Source: Eledone cirrhosa
Lineage: Eukaryota
Assembly (NCBI GenBank): GCA_964016885.1
Contig: OZ024741.1
Coordinates: 275,528,001 to 275,592,000, forward strand
Length of the DNA: 64,000 nt
Reading direction: 5' to 3'
Below the pieces are notes generated by a model, which did no database searches, was not told the origin of the DNA, and saw only the letters and a list, made by a program, of their open reading frames with translations. Shown here in pieces: positions 28,818 through 57,032 of the stretch. Made by a program: the position numbers and the translations under genes. Numbering within the stretch: position 1 is the stretch's first letter; every line of letters starts with the position of its first letter.

Positions 28818-29020
28818 TTCCAGAGTTGACATTGCACTCAGTGCTCCTTTGGGAGCCCCTACATGGACACACTAGAAGGGGAAGACCAAGGTTGACATAT
28901 GTTGATGCCCTGGGGGCAGACACTGGTCTGTTGGAGATGCAGGATATGGCGGCGATAATGAGGGACAGAGACCGCTGGAGAGAACTCGTCCATGGATCTC
29001 GGGAATTTTACCCGCCTTAG
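28818..29020 (+). mobile_element. RTE-like LINE 3' fragment (family C)
   Basis: [21 protein letters not shown]...[11 protein letters not shown] is a typical RTE/RTEX C-terminus. Second copy at 61561. Confidence 0.8.
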
Positions 29021-36118
<7,098 letters not shown>

Positions 36119-36452
36119 ATCATCATCATTTTACGTCCGCTTTTCCCTGCTTGCAAGGGTGGGACGGGAACTGATTTTGGCTTGATTTCTACAGCTGGAT
36201 GCCCTTCCTAATACCAACCTCATTTACAGTGAGTGCTGGGTGCTTTTTTGCCGTGGCACCTCCACGTCCACTTTGCAGTGGAATGATAGGGATCCCAGTC
36301 CCTATCATCTCATTTCTACAGCTGAGTAAACTGGAGCAATGTGAAATAAAGTGTGTTGCTCAAGGAAACAACACATCACCCGGTCTGAGAATTGAACTCA
36401 CAATCTTTCGATTGCAAAGCCAATGCTCTAACCACTAAGCCATGTGCCTCCA
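36119..36452 (-). mobile_element. tRNA-derived SINE with RTE-derived tail
   Basis: Minus head TGGAGGCACATGGCTTAGTGGTTAGAGC (A box) ... GTGAGTTCAATTC (B box). Central CCTTGAGCAA..CACTTT core. Tail matches RTE family B 3' end and ends in (ATG)n. Confidence 0.85.
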
Positions 36453-36456
36453 CATA

Positions 36457-36841
36457 TCATCATCATCATCACCGTTTTACGTCCGTTCTTCCACGCTAGC
36501 ATGGGTTAGACGGGTTGTCCTGTTGTGGGCAGTGTCTGGTCGGCTGACCATGCCTTGCTCGTACAGGAACTGATTTAGCTTGATTTCTACAGCTGGATGC
36601 CCTTCCTAACACCAACCTCATTTACAGTGAGTGCTGGGTGCTTTTTCGTGGCGCCTACACGTCCACTTTACAGTGTGGGCTGGGAGGTTTTTTGCCGTGG
36701 CACCTCCACGACCACCTTGCGGTGGGGGCATATTGTCTATATGCTTCAGCTTGTACCCATGGGAGGTCGGGTACCCTGTATTACTGCGTGACGCCAGAAG
36801 TCACGGTCGTGTGTCATTGACTTTGAGAGGTGTAGTTGGGT

Positions 36842-36843
<2 letters not shown>
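36457..36843 (-). mobile_element. RTE-type 3' UTR / non-autonomous retroposon fragment with (ATG)n tail
   Basis: Shares TTTCTACAGCTGGATGCCCTTCCTAACACCAACC and the terminal hairpin with RTE family A UTR. Second copy at 40630-40972. Confidence 0.7.
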
Positions 36844-36879
<36 letters not shown>

Positions 36880-36884
36880 TATAG

Positions 36885-39800
36885 ATAGGTAAATATACAT
36901 GGGTGTGTATGATTGTGTATAGAAGATTATATTAATAAGAGGAATTCCAACTTTGTCTGATTTACTCGTTTTATTTACAATCCTTTAAAATATATATAAT
37001 ATGGTATTATAATGAAACAGTATGATAGAATATTAAATTCTAAGTGTTAATTGAACAAGTACTTTCATGCTTTCGCAATCTTCAGGTTCATGATATGTGG
37101 TGACAGTCGAGTTTGCAATTTTCAACTGTAATGAGATGGGTAAATTTACTACCTTTTATACATTTTATACAGAGAAAAGTGGCTCCAGAATGCAAAGCCC
37201 TGTAAACTGTATTTCGACCAATCAGTGTGTAGTTTCACTGAATTACTATAGCTGATTGGTTTAAGCGTCACGGCTGGTTGAGCATGCTAACGACCAATAG
37301 TCATACCCAACGTATCAATTGTTTTGCTTTTTGAAATGATGAAAATAGCATTTTCTATTAATCATCACCATCAACATCACTTTTATTATTATTATTATTG
37401 TTGTTGTTGTTGTTGTTAGTGGTCGTGGTCATAGTGGTAGTAGAAGTAATACCCCTAGGCGTTATTATTGTTCATTTAGCTTGGGTTTGAATTTATCAAT
37501 AAAATTCTTTTCTTTGATTTTTCTCTTGATTTCACTTGGGCTGTGTAATTTGTAGAATGGGAATATTATAAATATTCCCTGACCACATGTTGCCAGGTGG
37601 CCGCTTAGGGGTATCTGACGGACATTTGGGTCTCTGATTTGTTGACGGTGTACCCGTGCACGTTCCGATAGTGCATTTCCAGTTTGACCGACATATAGTT
37701 CTTCACAATTCGGGCATTTAATGCAGTAAATTAGATTTCTGCTTTTGCAGTTCATATTTGCATTTGGGAATATTTTTCCAGTTTTTGTTTTCATATATTG
37801 ACCGGCGTGTATGGATTGACATGTGCCGCATCGATTATCATTGCATTTAGATACAGTGAATGATTGGTCTTTGTTGTTAAGGTCAAACTTTGCTTTTGTT
37901 AGCAATTGCTTCAAATTTTTTGGCTGTCTTTTACTAAGAGTCAAAGATCGATCTGTGATTAAGCCTTTTAATTCATTACTTTGAGCAATGATCGGTAGGT
38001 TTGCTTTGGCAGTGTTGAAGATATTCTGGTGACATGGGTTGTGTGTCATTATAAATGGTATGACCAGTTCTTGGTTTCTTCTTCCTTGGGTTGTTCTAAG
38101 TTGTTGTATAGGTATTTTTATAGCCCGCTGTATGCCATTTTCTATAAGTAGAGATGGGTATTTTTGTTTGAGCAAAAATTCTCTTAGTTCTGTTAGGCGT
38201 TTGTACCTGGTATTCGTATCTTCTACAATGGTACAAATTCTTCTGGCTAGGCAGTATGGGATATTGCGTTTTGTATGAGGTGGATGGCACGACTTAAAAT
38301 TCAGATATTGATGGGTGTCTGTGTGTTTATAATATATATCCGTGGTAATGGTGGTGTCGTTTTTGATTATCATTATATCTAGGAATGGTAATTTGGTCCT
38401 ACTCATCTCTTTTGTGAATTGGAGAGATGGGTGTAGGTTATTCAGGAGGATATTGAACTCATCCAAAGTATCTAGAGATTCTGTCCAGATGATGAAACAG
38501 TCGTCAAGGTATCTCTTCCAAGATTTTTCAATGTACTTTCTAAAGTCAGTACTATATTTTTCCTCTATTTCTTGGTAGAGTTGTTGTTCTAAGTATCCCA
38601 TTACAGAGTTCGCGTAAACGGGAGCAAACTTCGTTCCCATCGCTGTGCCTCTAATTTGGATGTAATTCTTTCCATTGAAGAAGAAAGTGTTGTTTTCCAG
38701 AATAAGTTTAACTGCATCTAATATAAATGGCGCTGTGAATCTAATGGGAATCACTTCTCTGTTTTTCCACCCAGTATTTAACCGCCTTTATTCCTAAATC
38801 ATGTGTAATGTTGGTGTAAAGGCTTACCACATCAAAACTGAGTAGAAGTGAATTCGTTTCCGTGGTTTTGGGAAGATGGGACAGGAAGTCGATATCATCC
38901 CGGATGAAACTGGGTATGTGAATACATAGTGGTTTCAAAATAATGTCAACAAAATTGCTTAGACGGTGAGTGGGGCATGTTGGACCAGCTATAATAGGTC
39001 TAAGTTTTAAGTCTTTTGGGTGTAATAATTTAATGTACTCACTGTTTTGTTCTCTTACTGCCAGTTGTATTTCTTTTGATTTGTGAACTTTCGGTAGGCC
39101 ATACAGGTTGCTGGGTTTCGGCTCAAAATTGGTGATGTAGTCTCTTTCCTTATCAGTAAATGAGTTGTGGTATTTTGAAGCCAGGTTGTTGATCTTCTTC
39201 ATGATGTTGTGGTCTATATTTGACGGTATTTCATGATAGAATGTTGTGTCTTTCAGTTGTTCCTCAACCAAATCCTTGTAGTATTCAGTATCCATTATAA
39301 CAACTGCACCCCCTTTATCTGCTTGTTTAATTATTATTGTTTTATCATTTTGTATACGTTTAAGTGCAGACATTTCTGATTTGTTAATGTTTGGCCTAAC
39401 ATTAGTATTATGTCTAAGAGGAAATTTAGACAGGATGTCAATGTATTGGTCGAGATAGATATTTCTTCCTTTTGGCGGAGTGAAATTTGATTTATTCTTT
39501 ACTAGTGATTCATCACTCTCATTATTTTATCAGCGAAGAATTCTACAAGACGTAATTTTCGACAGAATTCTTGGGTATCCTCCTTCAGTTCTTGGTGGTT
39601 GACTGTTGGAGTCGGTGTGAATTTCAGTCCTTTTGACAGAATTTGCATTTCATCATTGTCAAGATCTCTTTTAGATAAATTAATTATTTTAGGATCTACG
39701 TGTACAGCTGTTTTGGGTATGTTTCCTCCTGGAGTTTTTCTTTTTCCGGTTTTTGTTGTCCTGACGTTAAAAAATGAATTTTTCTCTGTTCAGGATTTAT

Positions 39801-40106
39801 ATTCCTGTTGGTGTTCGCTTTATGAACTTTTGGTCGTGATATTATATTTGGTTTCGTTATGTATTTTGTCCTATTTTTGGTATTCTGTATATTATTTTTC
39901 TTGCTGTTAGCCTTATTTTTAACAATCTGGGAAAATGACCTAGGTTTGCTTTCAGGTTTAGATCGTTTTTTCGTCCAGTTTCTTGTGGGCAATCTCTGTT
40001 GAGATCTTGAGAGTGATCTGGTTATTCTACGTTTTGTTTCCACATTCCTTGTTGGTAGTCTCTGTTGAGATCTTGAGAATGATCTCCTGGTTTTACTACT
40101 TCTCAT
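36885..40106 (-). mobile_element. Penelope-like element (RT + C-terminal GIY-YIG, Neptune-like Cys linker), frameshifted
   Basis: IINLS...EMQILSKGLKFTPTP (manual, ~39610-39690). IKQADKGGAVVIMD, FDVVSLYTNI in 38741-39373. GTAMG, RYLDD, LPFLD, CxxxxCxxC, LIYCIKCPNCEELYVGQT, R...H in 37465-38754. HHR in 3' region. Confidence 0.95.
37052..37090 (-). ncRNA. Type I minimal hammerhead ribozyme in PLE 3' region (pseudo-LTR)
   Basis: Minus UGAAC-CUGAAGA-U UGC gaaa GCA U-GAA-AGUACU-U^GUUCA: stem I UGAAC/GUUCA, palindromic stem III AGUACU. Same strand as the PLE ORF. Confidence 0.88.
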
Positions 40107-40110
40107 ATAT

Positions 40111-40455
40111 CATCATCATCATCATCATCATTTTACGTCCGCTTTTCCCTGCTTGCAAGGGTGGGACGGGAACTGATTCTGGCTCGATTTCTACAGCTGG
40201 ATGCCCTTCCTAACACCAACCTCATTTACAGTGAGTGCTGGGTGCTTTTTTTCCCGTGGCACCTCCACGACCACTTTACAGTGGAATGATAGGGACTGGC
40301 GTCCCTATCATCTCATTTCTACAGCTGAGTAAACTGGAGCAATGTGAAATAAAGTGTCTTGCTCAAGGAAACAACACATCACCCGGTCTGGGAATTGAAC
40401 TCACAACCTTTCGATTGCAAGGCCAATGCTCTAACCACTGAGCCATGTGCCTCCA
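40111..40455 (-). mobile_element. tRNA-derived SINE with RTE-derived tail (copy 2)
   Basis: A box TGGCTCAGTGG, B box GAGTTCAATTCC. Close paralogue of 36119-36452. Confidence 0.87.
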
Positions 40456-40473
40456 TATATATATATGTATATA

Positions 40474-40592
<119 letters not shown>

Positions 40593-40593
40593 G

Positions 40594-40625
<32 letters not shown>

Positions 40626-40629
40626 TATA

Positions 40630-40972
40630 TCATCATCATCACCGTTTTACGTCCGTTCTTCCACGCTAGCATGGGTTAGACGGGTTGTCCTGTTGTGGGC
40701 AGTGTCTGGTCAGCTGACCATGCCTTGCTCATACAGGAACTGATCTGGCTTGATTTCTACAGCTGGATGCCCTTCCTAACACCAACCTCATTTACAGTGA
40801 GTGCTGGGTGCTTTTTCGTGGCGCCTACACGTCCACTTTACAGTGTGGGCTGGGTGCTTTTTTGCCGTGGCACCTCCACGACCACCTTGCGGTGGGGGCA
40901 TATTGCGTATATGCTTCAGCATGTACCCATGGGAGGTCGGGTACCCTGTATTACTGCGTGACGCCAGAAGTC
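40630..40972 (-). mobile_element. RTE-type 3' UTR / non-autonomous fragment (copy 2)
   Basis: Near-identical to 36457-36803. Confidence 0.7.
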
Positions 40973-44319
<3,347 letters not shown>

Positions 44320-44320
44320 G

Positions 44321-44351
<31 letters not shown>

Positions 44352-44359
44352 ATATATAC

Positions 44360-44413
<54 letters not shown>

Positions 44414-44414
44414 G

Positions 44415-49712
<5,298 letters not shown>

Positions 49713-49713
49713 C

Positions 49714-49902
<189 letters not shown>

Positions 49903-49931
49903 CATATATATATATACATATATATATATAC

Positions 49932-49976
<45 letters not shown>

Positions 49977-50041
49977 CATATATATATATACATATATATA
50001 TATACATATATATATATACATATATATATACATATACATAT

Positions 50042-50075
<34 letters not shown>

Positions 50076-50081
50076 ATATAC

Positions 50082-50262
<181 letters not shown>

Positions 50263-50477
50263 TGAGAAGTAGACTTTTTTTAGCCGTTGCGCGCACCAAC
50301 CTGAGGTATATGGCCTTTAAAGCGACGAAATGCCTAGGACGGTTGGAAGGCCACTGATGAAGGACAAACTTTTTCATATGTAACCCATTTGCAACGCCGC
50401 AGCTCCATTATTATCATATATACATATATATATATACATATATACATATATACATATATATACATATATATATATAC

Positions 50478-50508
<31 letters not shown>

Positions 50509-50519
50509 CATATATATAC

Positions 50520-50551
<32 letters not shown>

Positions 50552-50553
<2 letters not shown>

Positions 50554-51170
50554 CATCATCATCTTCGTTTAAGTCCATATTCCACGCTCGCATGGGTTTG
50601 GACGGGAGTTTTCCCACTTGAGGCAAGAGTGGTTGTCTTGCTCGCATAGGACTGTCTGACGGGTTATCTATGGCTGGATGCCCTTCCTAACACCAACCAC
50701 ATTTACAGTGTGGAATTTGGAGGTTTTACCGTGTTACCTACACGGCCACATTACAGCATGGACTGTGTGTTTTTTGTCGTGACACCTACACGACCTCATA
50801 TGTTTCGGGCTGTATGTAGTGGCACCAACATAACTTTACATTGAAAGGGGCGGTGTGGATGGGGTGGGGGTGGTGGGACGGGGATGTATTTTGTTAGAGA
50901 TGCCTACTGACTGAAGTAGATTTCACTTTGCACTTAGGTAAGGCGGGTCTTCTCTATTACTGTGTAGCGCCAAAGATCTCGGTCCAGTGACATTGTCTTG
51001 GAGAGGTGTAAGTGTGTGAAGTCTGAATTTATCAAGTCGTCCCAGGTTTTTCTGGGTCTGCCTACTCCATGGCTACCGTCTATTTTTATTGCCCTGCACT
51101 TTTTTATACAGCTGTCGTCTTTCATGCGTATCACGTGACCATACCAACGTAGTCTTCTCTCGAGTAAACA

Positions 51171-51172
<2 letters not shown>
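50552..51172 (-). mobile_element. RTE family A 3' fragment with UTR and tail
   Basis: [21 protein letters not shown]...GRPRKTW...DRDLWRY. UTR homologous to 27388-27790. Confidence 0.9.
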
Positions 51173-51206
<34 letters not shown>

Positions 51207-51207
51207 A

Positions 51208-51332
<125 letters not shown>

Positions 51333-51382
51333 ATATATATACATATATACATATATATATATACATATATACATATACATAT

Positions 51383-51425
<43 letters not shown>

Positions 51426-51445
51426 CATATATATATATACATATA

Positions 51446-52120
51446 CAGAATGTGTTCCTGGATCCTCAGAACCTTCCAGTCGAGAGATTCCCGCACCATT
51501 ATCCTTCTCTTCTCTACTTTTGCCCGACCACACCTTGAATACTGTTGTCCACTGTGGTCTCCCCACACGAAACAAAGTATCATGAAACTTGAAGCTGCTC
51601 AAAGGGCAATCACGAAAAAGATAGATGGCATGTCAGACCTTGACTACTGGGGTCGATTAGAAAACCTGAAACTTTACTCACTCCAACGTCGCCGTGAGCG
51701 TTATATTATCTGCATGATGTGGAAAATGTTCCATCATCACTGCCCAAATGATGTTGGCATCGCCTTCAAGATACACCCAAGGCTTGGGCCCCGTGCTATC
51801 CGTCCCATTCAAAAATCTAAATCGCAACTCATAACAACAATACGGCACAATTATTTCACCTCAATCGGCCCTGCTCTCTTCAACATCACACCAGGACACG
51901 TCAAAACAGAAACTGACCACACAAAATTCAAGAAGTCTTTGGACAAATTCCTCCAAGTAATCCCGGACAAACCACCCACACCCGGATATGTCTCCGCAAA
52001 CAGTAATTCTCTTCTCGAATGGGCCATGGTGCCCAAATCCTGAATTGAAAGACTTCGCCAGGTGGTGCTATTAAGTTAGACATGGCCTGGGCCAATACTG
52101 GCCAAAACATTTCAAAGTTA
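51446..52120 (+). mobile_element. CR1/L2-group LINE 3' fragment (same family as 23155-26990)
   Basis: [14 protein letters not shown]...[10 protein letters not shown] and same 3' end ...ACATTTCAAAGTTA|(TA)n. Confidence 0.92.
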
Positions 52121-52144
52121 TACATATATATATATACATATACA

Positions 52145-52176
<32 letters not shown>

Positions 52177-52217
52177 CATATACATATATATATATACATA
52201 TATATATATACATATAC

Positions 52218-52254
<37 letters not shown>

Positions 52255-52329
52255 TATATATATATACATATACATATATATATATATTTATATATACATA
52301 TATATATGTATATATATATACACACACAC

Positions 52330-52412
<83 letters not shown>

Positions 52413-52434
52413 CACACACACACACATATATATA

Positions 52435-53812
52435 TCATGATCATCATTTTATGTCCGCTTTTCCCTGCTTGAAAGGGTGGGACGGGTCTTATTCAGCACA
52501 GCATCTCTCCACTCGTCACGGTTCCTCGTCAGCTCCACCGTGAGCTTCAATGATCTGAGTTCTGTTCTCACCACCACCGCCCATGTTTTTTGTGGTCTAC
52601 CTCTACCACGTCTTCCTTCAACTGACATTTCCTGGCACTTCTTCACCCATCGGTCATCCTCCATGCACATCACATGTCCATACCGCCTCAGTCTCCTCTC
52701 CCGTACACTACATTCTATCCCTCTCAGACATAGTTTCTCTCGCAGCACATTTATGCTGGGTCATTCACGCACATCCAATGGAGCATGCTTGCCTCATTTC
52801 TCTCCAGCCGTCGCATATCCTCTGCAGTTGCTGCCCATGTCTCACTACCATGCAGCATCGCGCTCCTCACACAGGCATCATACAACCGGCCTTTCGTACG
52901 CAGGGAGAAACCCTTCTTCGTCAACAGAGGAAGCAGCTCCCTAAACTTCTTCCAACACGTCCTTATTCTAGATACTATGGCCTCGGAACACCCTCCTCCC
53001 ATGCTAATCTGATCTCCTAGGTACCGGAAGCTATCCACCACTTCTATAGCGCCCTCTTGCATTTGAAAAATGTGTCTATCAGTGCGACTTCTGTCTAATT
53101 TCCCTGTACATCTACTGCATACATATTTCTCCCTACCTGTTAGTTTGCCTGCTATCCCGCTACATCTCTTGTATACCCAGGATCTGCATTGTGTGCATTT
53201 TATAGAATTTAAGCCAGTTCCTTTTCTGCATATCGAACATGGCCATTTCCCTGACGGAATCAGGGTTTTGTCCTCTTTTCTACTCATCAACACTTTTGTC
53301 TTAGCTAGATTCACTCTCAGTCCTCTTGCTTCCAACTGCTGTTTCCATAGCCAGAATTTATTCTCTAGCTCCTCTACTGATTCTGCTATAAGAACCAGAT
53401 CGTCAGCATAGAGAAGTTCCCATGGACAGACAGTCTTAAACTTCTCTGTTATGGCTTGGAGGACTATAATGAACAAGAGCGGACTGAGAATCGAACCCTG
53501 ATGTACTCCTACTTGTATCTGGAATTCCTCACTAAACTCCATTCCTACCCTGACTTTGCTGAGAGTACCTCTGTACAAAGTTTGCACTGTCCTCACAAGC
53601 CATTCCTCAACACCTAGCTTCCTTAGGGACCACCGGATGACAGATCGGGGTACCCTATTAAAGGCCCTCTCTAGGTCAACAAAGGCTAAGTACAGTGGCT
53701 TATTCTTCTCTAAGAACCTCTCTTGCAATTGTCTCACCAAGAAGAGGGCATCTGTTGTACTCTTCCCAGGCACAAAACCAAACTGCATCTCATCTAGTTT
53801 GACCCTTTCTCT

Positions 53813-53816
<4 letters not shown>
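52435..53816 (-). mobile_element. RTE family B LINE, RT and C-terminal part, frameshifted
   Basis: [60 protein letters not shown]. Confidence 0.93.
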
Positions 53817-53859
<43 letters not shown>

Positions 53860-53920
53860 CACCAACTTTTACGCTAAACTCTTCACTATATTCGTTGTTA
53901 ATTCTAACCTTGCTGACTAT
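53860..53920 (-). mobile_element. 60-bp RTE fragment, mirror image of 57033-57080
   Basis: [21 protein letters not shown]. Same 5' breakpoint as the plus-strand copy. Confidence 0.75.
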
Positions 53921-53998
53921 ATATATATATATATATATATGTGTATATATATATATATGTATATATGTATATATATGTATATATATACATATATATAC

Positions 53999-54048
<50 letters not shown>

Positions 54049-54122
54049 ATATACATATATATACATATATATATATACATATATATATACACATATATAT
54101 ATATACATATATATATATACAC

Positions 54123-54153
<31 letters not shown>

Positions 54154-54190
54154 CACATATATATATATACATATATATACATATATATAC

Positions 54191-54221
<31 letters not shown>

Positions 54222-54263
54222 CATATATATATATACATATATGTATATATATATATATATACA

Positions 54264-54320
<57 letters not shown>

Positions 54321-54321
<1 letters not shown>

Positions 54322-54811
54322 ATAAAATAAAATAAGATAAATAAATACATACACAAGCACAATAACAAGAAGCACATAAACACACACTAGTCACCCAGCA
54401 AACATAACACTATACACACTAGTCACACAGCAAACATAACACTATACACACAATCAAACGCATGCGCAAAGAAGACAAAATAAAATAAACAAACAAGCAA
54501 ATAAATAAATAAATATATAGATAGACTGAATAAAAATGGCATAGACATACAACACAACAGGAGGAAAATATAACACCACTGACGATGTTGCAGATGTGCA
54601 ACGAAAGATTTATGTAAACTATATATATGTGTTTGTCTATATTATATCTGTATTATTTTTGACCGTCGGTCAGTCAATGGCAACATTGAGGACCGAGTAA
54701 GTTAGATTACAGATATAAAAGACAGCGAGAAGCGAAAACCAACCAAACAGTGAGTGTGTTCTGTTATTAATTCTGGCAATATTATTACACAAATATGACC
54801 CTCCCAAGTAT

Positions 54812-54817
<6 letters not shown>
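54321..54817 (+). mobile_element. PLE 3' non-coding end (inverted paralogue of 55745-56270) with HHR-like motif at ~54572-54633
   Basis: Reverse complement of the UTR behind the GIY-YIG ORF at 56282-56578. CUGACGA-U GUUGCA gaug UGCAAC-GAAA core, weak stem I. Ends ...TGACCCTCCCAAGTATAACAA|(TA)n. Confidence 0.65.
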
Positions 54818-54860
<43 letters not shown>

Positions 54861-54867
<7 letters not shown>

Positions 54868-55703
54868 AATTTATATCTAGTAACATTTATATACTCACAG
54901 ATGCATATCAATGCTAGCAAATATATAGGTTTTGTCTTATTAACAATGTGGTTCAATGCATGGGGTTGCAGAACAATAATATGAGAGACGTAAAATAAGA
55001 AAATTATAAAATTAACTTACTTACTAAAAAATCACTTCCAACTAATTAGTTTCTGGAATGGAGTAAATATATTTTCCGAAGAAACATATAGAAAATCATT
55101 CCGTCATCAGGAAAGTCTTTTTCCGAATAGGTCTTCAGGCATAGCGAGGACACTGGAAACTTATTAAAAAAATAATTCAGTGGAATGGAAATAGCGAAGC
55201 GTGGACTGGATTCCAAGCCATTGAGAAAATCACTGCCTCTACGTCTGTGGCAAATTCAAAAAGAATCAATCACGTGACATCGAGGTCAATCAGTGGAAAG
55301 CGAGTGGTTATTAAGACAGCGGCCAGCTTACTACCATAGTAGCAGTCATGGCCAAATATTGCTCGACAAATGAATTGGAGATAATTATAAGGAATTTATA
55401 TCTAGTAACATTTATATACACACAGATGCATATCAATGCTAGCAAATATATAGGTTTTGTCTTATTAACAATGTGGTTCAATGCATGGGGTTGCAGAACA
55501 ATAATATGAATTATTTTTTTAATAAGTTTCCAGTGTCCTCGCTATGCCTGGAGACCTATACGGAAAAAGACTTTCCTGATGACGGAATGATTTTCAATAT
55601 GTTTCTTCGGAAAATATATTTACTCCATTCCAGAAACTAATTAGTTGGAAGTGATTTTTTAGTAAGTAAGTTAATTTTATAATTTTCTTATTTTACGTCT
55701 CTC
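54861..55703. mobile_element. Retrozyme-like element, 525-bp unit, head-to-head inverted: ~1.2 units minus (54861-55509) + ~0.4 unit plus (55507-55703)
   Basis: 54861-54984 repeats at 55386-55509. 55507-55703 is the reverse complement of ~54983-55179. HHR in each arm. (TA)n on both sides. Confidence 0.8.
55570..55652 (+). ncRNA. Type I hammerhead ribozyme with enlarged stem II (minus copy at 55034-55116)
   Basis: ACUUUC-CUGAUGA-C GGAAUG...CAUUCC A-GAA-ACUAAUUAGU-U^GGAAGU: 6-bp stem I, palindromic stem III, GUU triplet. Confidence 0.8.
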
Positions 55704-55744
<41 letters not shown>

Positions 55745-55749
<5 letters not shown>

Positions 55750-56611
55750 ATACTTGGGGAGGGTCATATTTGCGTAATATTGCCAGAATTAATAACAGAA
55801 CACACTCACTGTTTGGTTGGTTTTCGCTTCTCGCTGTCTTTTATATCTGCGATCTAACTTACTCGGTCCTCAATGTTGCCATTGACTGACCGACGGTCAA
55901 AAATAATACAGACACAATGTAGACACAAACACATATATATAGTTTACATAATTTACATAAATCTTTCGTTGCACATCTGCAACATCGTCAGTGGTGTTAT
56001 ATTTTTTCCTCCTGTTGTGTTGTATGTCTACGCCATTTTTTTTTATTCAGTCTGTCTATATATTTATTTATTTATTTGCTTGTTTGTTTATTTTATTTTG
56101 TCATCTTTGCGCATGTGTTTGGGTGTGTGTATAGTGTTATGTGTGCTGTGTGACTAGTGTGTATAGTGTTGTGTCTGCTGGGTGACTAGTGTGTGTTTAT
56201 GTGCTTGTTGTTATTGTGCTTGTGTATGTATTTATTTATCTTATTTTATTTTATTTTATTTTATTTTATTTATTTACTTATTTATACTTCTCTTAGGTCA
56301 GTGTTGTTTGTTTGGGTGTTGTTGTTGTTCCACTCATTCTTTCTGTTTAGCTTTGGTCTTCTAATTTCTATTTCACTGACCTCTCTGATTTGCCTATCTG
56401 CTGGGTCATTCCTATGTTTAGATATTATTCTAATTTCTATGTTGTCTATGTTACCGTCATGTTGTTGTCTAGCATGTTCGTATAGTACTGACCCGTTTTT
56501 TCGTCCTTTTAGTTCCCCCCAGTGTTGGTCTATCCTTTCACCTAGTATAACAATATCTGTTTCGACACACGATTTCATATAAAAAACCTCGCTAAACTAA
56601 TTCATCGCCGC
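55745..56611 (-). mobile_element. Second PLE family: GIY-YIG C-terminal remnant plus 3' UTR with HHR-like motif (~55928-55998)
   Basis: ORF 56282-56578 LGERIDQH...SVLYEHARQQH...RQIRE...PKLNRKNEW resembles the R..H/H/E/LN tail of PLE GIY-YIG domains. Confidence 0.7.
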
Positions 56612-56684
56612 TATATATATATACATATATATATATACATATATACATATATACATATATATATATACATATATATATATATAC

Positions 56685-56753
<69 letters not shown>

Positions 56754-56772
56754 CATATATATATATATATAC

Positions 56773-56831
<59 letters not shown>

Positions 56832-56868
56832 CATATATATATATATATACATATATATATACATATAC

Positions 56869-56901
<33 letters not shown>

Positions 56902-56920
56902 CATATATATATACATATAC

Positions 56921-56953
<33 letters not shown>

Positions 56954-56972
56954 CATATATATATACATATAC

Positions 56973-57020
<48 letters not shown>

Positions 57021-57032
57021 ATATATATACAT

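Noticed and set aside
40385-40455. tRNA gene
   Set aside because: A and B boxes are present but it continues into a SINE core and LINE tail without a clean cloverleaf.
55085-55140. Alternative HHR folds using the nearby CUGAAGA or the first GAAA in the 525 unit
   Set aside because: No stem I pairing; the fold at 55034-55116 satisfies all three stems.
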